The notes beneath the pieces were generated by a model. It was not told the DNA's origin. It ran no database searches and was given only the letters and a program-made list of their open reading frames with translations. Made by a program: the position numbers and the translations under genes. A DNA stretch of 64,000 nt, taken from Meyerozyma guilliermondii. Its lineage: Eukaryota. Positions 10,529 through 18,691 of this stretch are shown here, one piece after another (the stretch's first letter is position 1; each line of letters opens with the position of its first letter). The DNA lies in the NCBI GenBank assembly GCA_051546255.1, contig CP128817.1, positions 1,364,001-1,428,000 on the forward strand, given 5' to 3'.

Positions 10529-11317
10529 ATGTTCAGAGGCACCTTCCGCCAGTTGCCCAAGGGGCCAGCCAAAGTTTTTGGCAACTGGAGACTGATTCAT
10601 ACTGTTCCCAAGTTGAGGAACGTTGAGCAATTCACCAAAAATGGTATCGAAGGTCTCTACTCACCTGAGGGATTCAAAACCGCATGGCTCGATTACCAGA
10701 AATTTCTCACATTAAACTTAACATTGCATACTAACGGCACCGAGAACGAGTTGCGTCCCCCTTATCAGATCCTCTTGCAAACAGCCAAGAAAACAACCGA
10801 ACAACATGTATTTCACTTCGCATCACAAGCTCACAATAACCACTTTTTCTTCGAACAACTTTCAGATAAATCCAGCGTCAAGAAGACCAGGCCTTCCAGA
10901 TTCTTGCTTGAAAGGTTAGCCGATATAAATCTTCCCACCATAGATGCATTTCGCGAGCAATTTTTGCTCGCAGCAGATTCCTCTTTTGGCCAAGGCTGGG
11001 TATTTCTTGTGGAGTTACCAGACAAAAGCTTGAAGATCTTGAAATGTAATAACGATGGAACGCCTTACTATTATGGTAAGAACCAGTCTCTTGATCTCAA
11101 TGGTAGTGTGGATGAATTAACTCTCGACAATTTGAATAAAGTGAAGGAACTTGCGCAGAATGGTGAAAAGGATTTTACATTACCATTACTAGCAATCAAC
11201 GTTTGGGACGTAGCTTTCATTCAAGATTACGGTACCACAGGAAGAGCTGACTACTTGGCCAACGTGTGGGAATGTATCAATTGGGATATTGTAAATAAGA
11301 GATTGTTCCAAGTCTAA
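10529..11317 (+). CDS. RSM26: Mitochondrial small-subunit ribosomal protein mS42 (SOD-like fold)
   Basis: IHTVPKL..GIEGLYSPEGFKTAWLDYQ and ASQAHNNHFFFEQL match Rsm26. The SOD-like C-terminus (PLLAINVWDVAF) lacks the DxWEH metal ligands. Confidence 0.85.
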   Translation: MFRGTFRQLPKGPAKVFGNWRLIHTVPKLRNVEQFTKNGIEGLYSPEGFKTAWLDYQKFLTLNLTLHTNGTENELRPPYQILLQTAKKTTEQHVFHFASQAHNNHFFFEQLSDKSSVKKTRPSRFLLERLADINLPTIDAFREQFLLAADSSFGQGWVFLVELPDKSLKILKCNNDGTPYYYGKNQSLDLNGSVDELTLDNLNKVKELAQNGEKDFTLPLLAINVWDVAFIQDYGTTGRADYLANVWECINWDIVNKRLFQV

Positions 11318-11341
11318 TGTACATAGAGGACTAATATAGGA

Positions 11342-12214
11342 CTATTGAAGTGCTCCCACGTATGATATCAACTTTTCAGAAGTAATGTTTTTAATCGTAT
11401 CGACGTTCACGAGTGATTGGTTCTTGGTCATTATCGCACCAATGTTCAGGCAGTCGTTCACTACCGCTGCCAAATTAGTATCGCTGTGCCAGTCTAAAGG
11501 CAACGTAAGCACTATTCCTGGTAGTAGATCGCAATAGATAGCTGATTTTAGCCAGGATTTGACGAGATCAGAATACATAATATCTATGGTTTCAATCTCA
11601 TCTGATGATAACTGGCCCACAAATTCGTCGATTTGCTGGTTTTTCCTTTCCAATGCCATTTGTGCTACCTCCTGATCTCGCTTACTGACCCTGTCATACT
11701 CCAATAATCGAGGCTTCACCGTATCAATCAAATAGTGGACTAGTTTCTGCCTATTTCGAATCATACTGCCGTCGTTAGTTTCGGCCTGCTGAAACATTTT
11801 CATGGTATTGTAGACATTAGCACCATCTTCAGAGTCGTTACCATACAAGAGATTTAAATTAGTAGCGATTTTCTGCTCCAGGCTAGTGAGATCGCTGGTT
11901 TCATGGTGGATAGCACGAAGAATTGGGAGTGTTACTTGCAACAAATCGTTCAAATATGAGTCTGTTTGAATGATATTTAGCTGGTCACGCAATTGACGGG
12001 CTAAGGCAAGTGTCGAGTCAGTTTCGTCGTTTGTAAATTTAAGTTTAGTCGGTATGGATTTTGCAATCCGTTCATATTCTGCATTTATAACGTCTTCTGG
12101 TTCTTTCTGAAGTTTTTCTACCTTGTCCAACCATAATATGGAGTTTAGCTTGTGACATAACTGGTTGTTGAGTTCCGTATATCGTTTTTCAAGCTCATTT
12201 ATGGTAGACTTCAT
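11342..12214 (-). CDS. Putative kinetochore CCAN subunit Mcm16/CENP-H-like
   Basis: Coiled-coil 290-aa ORF. INELEKRYTELNNQL and LRDQLNI resemble recalled Mcm16 segments; PILRAIH and IVLTLPLDWHSD resemble fungal CENP-H motifs. Lies in a block with TIP41/TIF5/RPL43. Confidence 0.6.
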   Translation of the reverse strand: MKSTINELEKRYTELNNQLCHKLNSILWLDKVEKLQKEPEDVINAEYERIAKSIPTKLKFTNDETDSTLALARQLRDQLNIIQTDSYLNDLLQVTLPILRAIHHETSDLTSLEQKIATNLNLLYGNDSEDGANVYNTMKMFQQAETNDGSMIRNRQKLVHYLIDTVKPRLLEYDRVSKRDQEVAQMALERKNQQIDEFVGQLSSDEIETIDIMYSDLVKSWLKSAIYCDLLPGIVLTLPLDWHSDTNLAAVVNDCLNIGAIMTKNQSLVNVDTIKNITSEKLISYVGALQ

Positions 12215-12347
12215 TCCCCTAATAGTTGGAATTAGGCTGTTTATAGGTTTCGATTACCTAATGGACCCGCCATGCAGTTCAACACCTCAGAGCCACAACG
12301 GTAGTGTGGCATTTAGAGCAATTTCAAAACATTATAAATAGGGATCA

Positions 12348-13199
12348 ATGTCTTCTTTGGTCAAAAGCAAGCTCTTGTCTATAGCCACCACTGGTTTATT
12401 TGTTAATTTTGATCCGCAAGAACTGGAAAAGTACTATGTGGAGGTTGGTGACTTTTTAGACTTAAGCGCTTCCTCTTTGGAACCGGAAGAATTGTTCAAG
12501 TTGTATGAAATGCAGTTCTATTTGGCTTTGATGACGAGTCACGATGTAGATGCCAAGACGTTTTTGGATCGCATTATTGATCAATTTGGTGACAAAAATT
12601 CACAAAGAGTAGTGCTATTAAAGGCAATGTTTGTCGAGGCTCAAGGTGATAAAAAGGGAGCAGCCGAGCTATTAGGACTGGATCCTGATCAAGTGAGGCT
12701 CTCGCGTCGTCTTGTGACGTTTAGCCGTACGTCGAACGACAACGAATCGTATATCACCAACTTGAATTACTACTTGAACATTCAGCCTTCAGATTTAGTA
12801 GCTTGGGCAGAATGGGGTGACGAATATTTCAAGATTCACCACTATGATAAAGCTATTCATTGCTACAAGGAGATTCTACTCCATGAGCCATATGCCTATA
12901 ACATGTTTTACAAGGTGGGTCTAGCCTACTACTACAGATTCATCCAGGAGTCCAAAGTTAAAATGGACAAAAAAGACCGCATTCTAGAAGTGTGGGAGGT
13001 CATCCGAGAAGCTCGCAATAACTTTTTGCGTTGCATCGAATTGTGTGATACTCATTCAAAGGCATGGTCAGGAATAGAACGGATCACCGAATCGGATTTG
13101 AACAAATTCTTGGACAAGCATTCCACAAATCAAACAAAAGAGTATCTTGAAGAGAACGCAAAATTGCATCGTTTGGCAATCGCAAAACTACAAAAGTGA
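12348..13199 (+). CDS. EMC2: ER membrane protein complex subunit 2 (TPR)
   Basis: SQRVVLLKAMFVEA, YITNLNYYLNIQPSDLVAWAE and YDKAIHCYKEILL (TPR), typical of Emc2. Confidence 0.85.
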   Translation: MSSLVKSKLLSIATTGLFVNFDPQELEKYYVEVGDFLDLSASSLEPEELFKLYEMQFYLALMTSHDVDAKTFLDRIIDQFGDKNSQRVVLLKAMFVEAQGDKKGAAELLGLDPDQVRLSRRLVTFSRTSNDNESYITNLNYYLNIQPSDLVAWAEWGDEYFKIHHYDKAIHCYKEILLHEPYAYNMFYKVGLAYYYRFIQESKVKMDKKDRILEVWEVIREARNNFLRCIELCDTHSKAWSGIERITESDLNKFLDKHSTNQTKEYLEENAKLHRLAIAKLQK

Positions 13200-13274
13200 A
13201 ATCAATCGGTATATTGAACATACTCAAAAAACATATGGCCTAACAATTAAGGGCCCAGCTCTGGGTCAAACAAC

Positions 13275-13400
13275 TTAGTGACCACAGTCGGCACACTTGC
13301 AAGCTTGTCCACACTTGCATGAGTTGGACGAGCAGGAGCACTTGGAACCACACTTGCAGGTGGAGTCGGCGTAGTTGATCATAACTTTAGTGGATTGCAT
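13275..13400 (-). CDS. CUP1: Copper metallothionein (41 aa)
   Basis: MQSTKVMINYADSTCKCGSKCSCSSNSCKCGQACKCADCGH has four CxC motifs and an INYA lead like Candida Cup1. It uses the first ATG after TATAAA (13440-13445). Confidence 0.85.
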   Translation of the reverse strand: MQSTKVMINYADSTCKCGSKCSCSSNSCKCGQACKCADCGH

Positions 13401-13439
13401 TTCTTGTAACTGGATAATTGCTCTGGAAAGGTTTCGCCC

Positions 13440-13520
13440 TTTATACCCCAGACATGCGTGCACATACCGCTGCAGCGGTATTTGTGCCTGCGATAATTGT
13501 GCTGCGACAATTGTGCCTAG
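13440..13520 (-). promoter_or_regulatory. Metallothionein promoter: TATA box plus palindromic Ace1/Cup2-type copper-response element
   Basis: TATAAA on the minus strand at 13440-13445. Perfect 18-bp palindrome ATACCGCTGCAGCGGTAT at 13464-13481 holds two inverted TNNNGCTG half-sites. A further TTGTGCTG lies at 13497-13504. Confidence 0.6.
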
Positions 13521-13744
13521 AGCGATTAACGCCGTTAGGTCATGAGTGTTCGTATTGCCTCATTGTTGATTGAAAACTCGCCAATACTTGACAAGGATTT
13601 TGTACGATTCCTACCTAAGACCTAGGACTCAAATAGAGATCATTAACATTTTGATCCGGTGCGGCTAGAACAATGCTCACTCAACGTTGGGTCAGTAGTG
13701 GAATGCACATAAGGGAATGCCCTGGTAATTACTGCATTACAGAC

Positions 13745-13880
13745 AATGCGGTTGAGTTAACTACGAGCGATTATGCGATTAGGTGTACTACGAGCTGATT
13801 GTGCCGTTGTTACTACGTGCTAATTGCGGTTGGGTAAATGTATGTTGATTATGCCGTTGGGTAGCGTATGCTTATTATGC
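13745..13880. repeat. Degenerate tandem array, about 5.3 units of 24-28 bp
   Basis: Units: aatgcggttgagttaactacgagcg / attatgcgattaggtgtactacgagctg / attgtgccgttgttactacgtgct / aattgcggttgggtaaatgtatgttg / attatgccgttgggtagcgtatgctt / attatgc. Confidence 0.7.
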
Positions 13881-13912
13881 TATCTAGATTCATTGTATTT
13901 ATACAATTCTAA

Positions 13913-15640
13913 TTAAAATTCTCCTTTGTAGTTCAAATCTTGGCTTTCCAAAATCTCTGGTAAAATTCCCGAGGAAGCAGCTACCAATCCCAAAAATGGT
14001 CTTGAGGGATCAAGAACCTTGGACAAATACTCAGGGTGGTATTGAGTACCAACGAAAAACTTGTGGTTCTGCAACTCTAACAATTCCATTCTAGCTCCAG
14101 TCTCATCTTTACCAACAAACTTCAACCCTTTTTCTTCGATTTGTTCCACGAGTTTGGGGTTGACTTCGTATCTATGTCTATGTCTTTCCATTACATGGTC
14201 AGAACCTCCATACAACTTTCTCAAGTTGGAACTTTCGGTTCCTGCTGTGAATCTGGTCTCGTGGATGCCAAGTCTCATAGTTCCACCCAACTTGATCTGG
14301 TCCACGTCTGGCATGTATACAACAGAAGCTGTTTCCTCGTCAGCATTGGCATCAAATTCCATCGAAGTAGAGTTTTCGTAGCCCAAAACATTTCTAACAA
14401 ACTCAATCACGGCAATTTGTAATCCCAAGCAGACACCCAAGTATGGAACTTCGTTTTCTCTGGCATACTTGGCAGCGGCAATCATACCTTCAATACCTCT
14501 GTTTCCGAATCCACCTGGCACCAATATACCATCAGCCTGGCAAACGTGATGCCATGCTTTATGATACTCGGAGAGATCGTGGTCTTTAGCACCTTCTTCC
14601 AAGGACGTAGACTCGACCCACTCAATCTTCAATTTACGCTTGCATCTCATGGATGCGTGCTCCAAAGATTTAATAACAGACAAGTATGAGTCTTTGAGAT
14701 TGGTGTACTTTCCAACCAATGCAATAGTAACAGTCTGGAACGATCTGTCATGGCTGGATGTCAATTCTTCCCATTTATTCAACAATTTTTCTCCTCTGGC
14801 CAAAGCACTAGGAGACAAACTAGACTCTTTCAAATTCAACTTTCTTGTCAAATACTTCATCATTCTCTGCTCCTTTAACAAGAGAGGAACGTGGTAAGTC
14901 GAGTTGACATCATGAACGGCGATAACCTGTTCTGGGCCAACATGACAAAACATGCCAATTTTTTCAATGGTGGAAACTTCCAACTCTTCCTGACATCTGC
15001 AAGCAATCATATCGGGAGTCAACCCCAAAGATCTCAAATCTTTGATGGCAGCCTGAGTTGGCTTAGTCTTTTGTTCACCATGAATGACAGGAACGAGTGA
15101 GACATGAATAAGAGCAAAGTTCTCAACACCAACTCTGAACTGAAACTGACGCAAAGCTTCAACAAAAGGAGCACTTTCAATGTCACCAACTGTTCCTCCC
15201 AACTCAATAATACATATTTCAGGCTCTAACCCCGATTCGTCTACAGGAACCTTGGATACACGTTCTATCCAATCTTGAATGGCTCCAGTAACATGAGGCA
15301 CAACTTGCACCGTCTTACCCAAGTAATCACCTTGTCTTTCCCTTTCGATCACATGAGAGTAGATTTTACCAGTGGTAATGTTGTGGTCTCTAGTTAAAGT
15401 GATGTTAAGATACCTTTCGTAGTTACCAAGATCCAAATCTACTTCACCACCATCGTTCAAAACAAAGCATTCACCATGCTCCAAAGGACTCATGGTTCCA
15501 GCATCAATGTTCATGTACGGGTCGATCTTGATAGATGATACCCGGAACCCCAAGGTCTTGAATAACAATCCGGTAGACGATGCCAACACTCCCTTACCGA
15601 TACCAGAAATCACACCTCCGGAAACGACCACGTATTTCAT
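13913..15640 (-). CDS. URA7: CTP synthase
   Basis: [32 protein letters not shown], and glutaminase triad motifs GVCLG and QYHPEY. Confidence 0.98.
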   Translation of the reverse strand: MKYVVVSGGVISGIGKGVLASSTGLLFKTLGFRVSSIKIDPYMNIDAGTMSPLEHGECFVLNDGGEVDLDLGNYERYLNITLTRDHNITTGKIYSHVIERERQGDYLGKTVQVVPHVTGAIQDWIERVSKVPVDESGLEPEICIIELGGTVGDIESAPFVEALRQFQFRVGVENFALIHVSLVPVIHGEQKTKPTQAAIKDLRSLGLTPDMIACRCQEELEVSTIEKIGMFCHVGPEQVIAVHDVNSTYHVPLLLKEQRMMKYLTRKLNLKESSLSPSALARGEKLLNKWEELTSSHDRSFQTVTIALVGKYTNLKDSYLSVIKSLEHASMRCKRKLKIEWVESTSLEEGAKDHDLSEYHKAWHHVCQADGILVPGGFGNRGIEGMIAAAKYARENEVPYLGVCLGLQIAVIEFVRNVLGYENSTSMEFDANADEETASVVYMPDVDQIKLGGTMRLGIHETRFTAGTESSNLRKLYGGSDHVMERHRHRYEVNPKLVEQIEEKGLKFVGKDETGARMELLELQNHKFFVGTQYHPEYLSKVLDPSRPFLGLVAASSGILPEILESQDLNYKGEF

Positions 15641-15798
15641 GATTTGAAGTCACTTAGAAGAAAAAATACACTAATCCGATTGAATAGGAACCGGAAACAC
15701 TAGAAATACACCCCAAAGAGAACTACGACTTGCCCTCTTAAATATGGTATTTAAGCGGGAAGAAAGAAACAAGCGACGGTGCGGATTTTTTTGGAGTA

Positions 15799-15810
15799 GC
15801 GATGAGATGA
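15799..15810. promoter_or_regulatory. PAC element upstream of URA7
   Basis: GCGATGAGATGA about 160 bp upstream of the ATG; ribosome-biogenesis regulon motif. Confidence 0.6.
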
Positions 15811-16237
15811 ACACGCGTTGTAGACTTCCCAATTGGGAAGTTTCTCGCAGAGAGATGTGTGCCCTATATACACCAGTGGATGGAAGTTGCATCCACAAGC
15901 ACCTAAAAGGCAAATGATACTTTTCATATATGCTCTTGATTGCCACGGGAGTAGAGTCGAGGGCGACACAAGCAGCAAGCTACAGGGAATGAAAAGACGT
16001 ACATGAAGTGAATGAGAAATGCAAGATGCAACTTCACAATAATTTGCAGTGCTAGAAATGAGCTTGAAAAGCTTAAGTAGCTTCGGGTTGAAGAAGCTGT
16101 GGAAGCTGTGGAAGCTGAAATAGTTTCGATAGACTTTGACTTTTCTTGCAAATGGACTATTTTGCAAAAATATTGATTCTTGTCTTACTCCAACGATATC
16201 TCTTTTACTCTCGATACTTCCCGAAATGCTGAATATC

Positions 16238-16825
16238 CTATACAATCTTGACACCGCCAATCTGTGTTCCATCCTCTGACATCAAAATCTGGGCCTTGCC
16301 CTGTTTCATTAATACATTTTTGATTGCTCTTACCAAGACATTGTACTCTATATTGCGCAATTCTTCGGGATAAGCAGACTCGTCCAGGTTAGTTAGCTCA
16401 AAGATCGTCAATATAGTTCCCAATTGACCTGAACTATTGACATAATCGTAGATCTTGGTGGCCCATTCCACTAGTGTTCTCCAGTATACAAGAACTCCCA
16501 ATTCTGGACGCTTAGGATCGATATATTCGGCCCGTTTTTTGTTGTGGATCAAATACTGGAAGATTGTAGACAAGAAATCTGGCGCCACAGACCGTTCAAT
16601 GGCTTTGTTCTCGAAAAGTGGTGGCAATTCTTTAAAGTTGAGATTCTCAATTTGTGAGTGAAGTGGCTCTCCGGAGGGAGATAACGATGTTATTCTATAA
16701 AATTGGCAAAAATTTAATATTATATCACACCATGAATCAAGCTGGTTATTAAGAACTGTAGTGTTGGGCTGTTTAGTATATAGTGGTGGAAAAGAGTGGA
16801 TCTTGGGAAACTCAAACTGAGACAT
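16238..16825 (-). CDS. VPS25: ESCRT-II subunit
   Basis: FEFPKIHSFPPLYTKQPN, LFENKAIERS, YWRTLVEWA and QGKAQIL..GGVKIV. Confidence 0.93.
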   Translation of the reverse strand: MSQFEFPKIHSFPPLYTKQPNTTVLNNQLDSWCDIILNFCQFYRITSLSPSGEPLHSQIENLNFKELPPLFENKAIERSVAPDFLSTIFQYLIHNKKRAEYIDPKRPELGVLVYWRTLVEWATKIYDYVNSSGQLGTILTIFELTNLDESAYPEELRNIEYNVLVRAIKNVLMKQGKAQILMSEDGTQIGGVKIV

Positions 16826-16940
16826 GAAATGAATTTAACACTTTCGCACTGTTTTTTATCTACAGCAATTATTCCATGAATTTTATTATGGTGACCTGTT
16901 GCCAGGTTGAAAGTGTCATACCCGAATACATTTTACATAT

Positions 16941-17571
16941 TTAGACCTCGGCCATGTCTCTCAAACGACGGATAGTCGATCTGACAGTAGCAGCAGCAGC
17001 AGTGGAGACAGTGTAAGCACCACCAGCAACGGTCTTGCGGCAAGACTTACAGGTCCAGATACCAGCAGCACCTCTTTGCACGGTTCTCTTACCACAGAAG
17101 GAGCAGTCGTACTTGGCATGCTGTTGAACCTCCAACTTCTTGGTTTGTCTTCTCAACGAAGAACCGTATCTGACACCAAACTTACCGGTGATTCCTACCT
17201 TCTTAGTTCTTTTAGTCCTGAAAGTTAGTATTAAGTTTAAATTGAAGGGGTGATAAAGACGATTGGATGTTGGGCTCGGGTTGATGATAACTGTTCTTGA
17301 TGAGTACCTCTAGGGTCGAAAATTATTTCTTTCATGGAGTGAAGTCTCTGGAAAAGTCACATATAGTCGGGTTGCGTATCAGGTAATGCAACTATCTTGT
17401 TTGACCCATAGGAATTTGTTTCGTGATAAAGAATACCTTCGGTTTTTCACCCCAATTATGACTTTCATTTGTCTACATTTTGTCTCGAATCAGTTCCCAA
17501 GCAGTTCCTGCTAATTTTCCAATCGTCCTCTGCTAGTTTCACCCTCCTTTTCATTATTCTTGTACATACAT
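16941..17571 (-). CDS. RPL43: 60S ribosomal protein eL43; exons 17570-17571 and 16941-17217, 352-nt intron 17218-17569
   Basis: AT|GTATGT...TACTAACTTTCAG|G ACT AAA AGA gives [24 protein letters not shown]...CSFCGK...CKSC, 92 aa. Confidence 0.97.
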
Positions 17572-17656
17572 TTCTGATGCTTTAACTGTATGAAAAACCT
17601 CACTATTCTTTTCTCAAGTCTTCAGAAGCGAGGCGGTCGTGCCGCGTCGAAACGAC

Positions 17657-17699
17657 AAAATTTTCAGAGCCAAGTTGCACGTGCGAGGGCCACAGCCCT
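17657..17699. promoter_or_regulatory. Ribosomal-protein promoter module: RRPE-like, Cbf1 E-box and Tbf1-type inverted repeat
   Basis: AAAATTTTCA (17657-17666), CACGTG (17678-17683) and AGGGC-CACA-GCCCT (17686-17699), matching the Tbf1/Cbf1 layout known for Candida RP promoters. Confidence 0.7.
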
Positions 17700-17773
17700 A
17701 CAATCTTGTATTACGTAATCGAGCTTGGTGGCTGCGGCGTTCTCATTTGCAGCCATTGGGTACAATAGCTGGA

Positions 17774-18647
17774 ATGTCTTCAAATGATTCTCTAGCTTTG
17801 CCTGTAACACTCTCGGCTGACTGTAAGTATATTTTTCGATGAATGAAACTCGCTAACAATAGCCGATATAGATGGCTCAAATCAAGAAACTAGAAGCAAT
17901 ATGCTGACTTCTTCGACATCATCAAGTGATAATCTTGAGCAGTTATTGTATCGAATACGAACCGATAGTTCATTTCAAGTAGCTTCTCTATCTATAAGGC
18001 AGGTCCAGTTATTGGAAACAATGGTTGGTAACTATTTGTGTGGAGTTTTGAGTCGACACTCTAATGGTAGTATAAGTATATGTTGTAATAGTGTCACTTG
18101 TGAAAAGCATTCTTATCGACAAAAATTAAAGGTTCACCGAAGATTACCCCTTGAAATCATCCATCTTCAATTGCGGGATACTTTTGATGCTAACATCTTA
18201 AAAAGTTTACAACGTTATGTTAAGCTTCGAGACATGAGCCTTCTGTCGAATGCTACCGTATGCTACCCATTATCTTCCGAAGTTCTCGACATTCATGAGG
18301 AAGGAGTCCAGCTTCTCCGCCATTGTCTTCCTAGTCAAACTTCACAATCGCGTGCTAATGTCCCTTTAGGCGAATCCGACTTGAATGCTGCTTCTTTTGC
18401 CAAATCTGACTTACTGGATGAGTATGGATTGTTGCTTAATATTCGGCGTTCAGGTGCAAAGCGACTGGTTCGACCTATAAAAAAGGATTATGCACACAAG
18501 TTATCTCGCTCAGCAGGTGAGACGCCGGCCGAGGTTGTTTCCTACCTAAACTTAAAGTTGCAGCCGTACTATGCCAATGATTTCTTAAGAAGAAGAGAAT
18601 TGGAACAACGGTTCGGATTCCAAAACACCATGAATAGGTTTAATTAA
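17774..18647 (+). CDS. Orphan protein (277 aa), candidate divergent Ime1 ortholog; exons 17774-17822 and 17863-18647
   Basis: ATG TCT...GAC T|GTAAGT...GCTAACAATAG|CC GAT joins in frame to the 17901 ORF (40-nt intron). The C-terminus EVVSYLNLKLQPY..NDFLRRRELEQRF resembles the Ime1 tail. Head-to-head with RPL43. The gene model is better supported than the identity. Confidence 0.6.
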
Positions 18648-18691
18648 TGCTATACACAAATTAGTGGAAAGAGCAGCAGCCTAAATGTAAT

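Noticed and set aside
10529..11317. Mn/Fe superoxide dismutase
   Set aside because: Metal-ligand motifs are missing; the sequence fits ribosomal Rsm26.
13745..13880. CRISPR array or interstitial telomere
   Set aside because: Eukaryotic locus with no repeat-spacer structure; only one unit contains GGTGTAC.
15869..15877. TACACCAGT as a telomerase RNA template for an ACTGGTGT-type telomere repeat
   Set aside because: A 9-nt match is expected by chance in 64 kb, the gap is short, and no Sm site was seen downstream.
15671..16272. Overlapping minus-strand ORFs of 75-173 aa upstream of URA7
   Set aside because: They overlap promoter elements and VPS25 and show no protein-like features.
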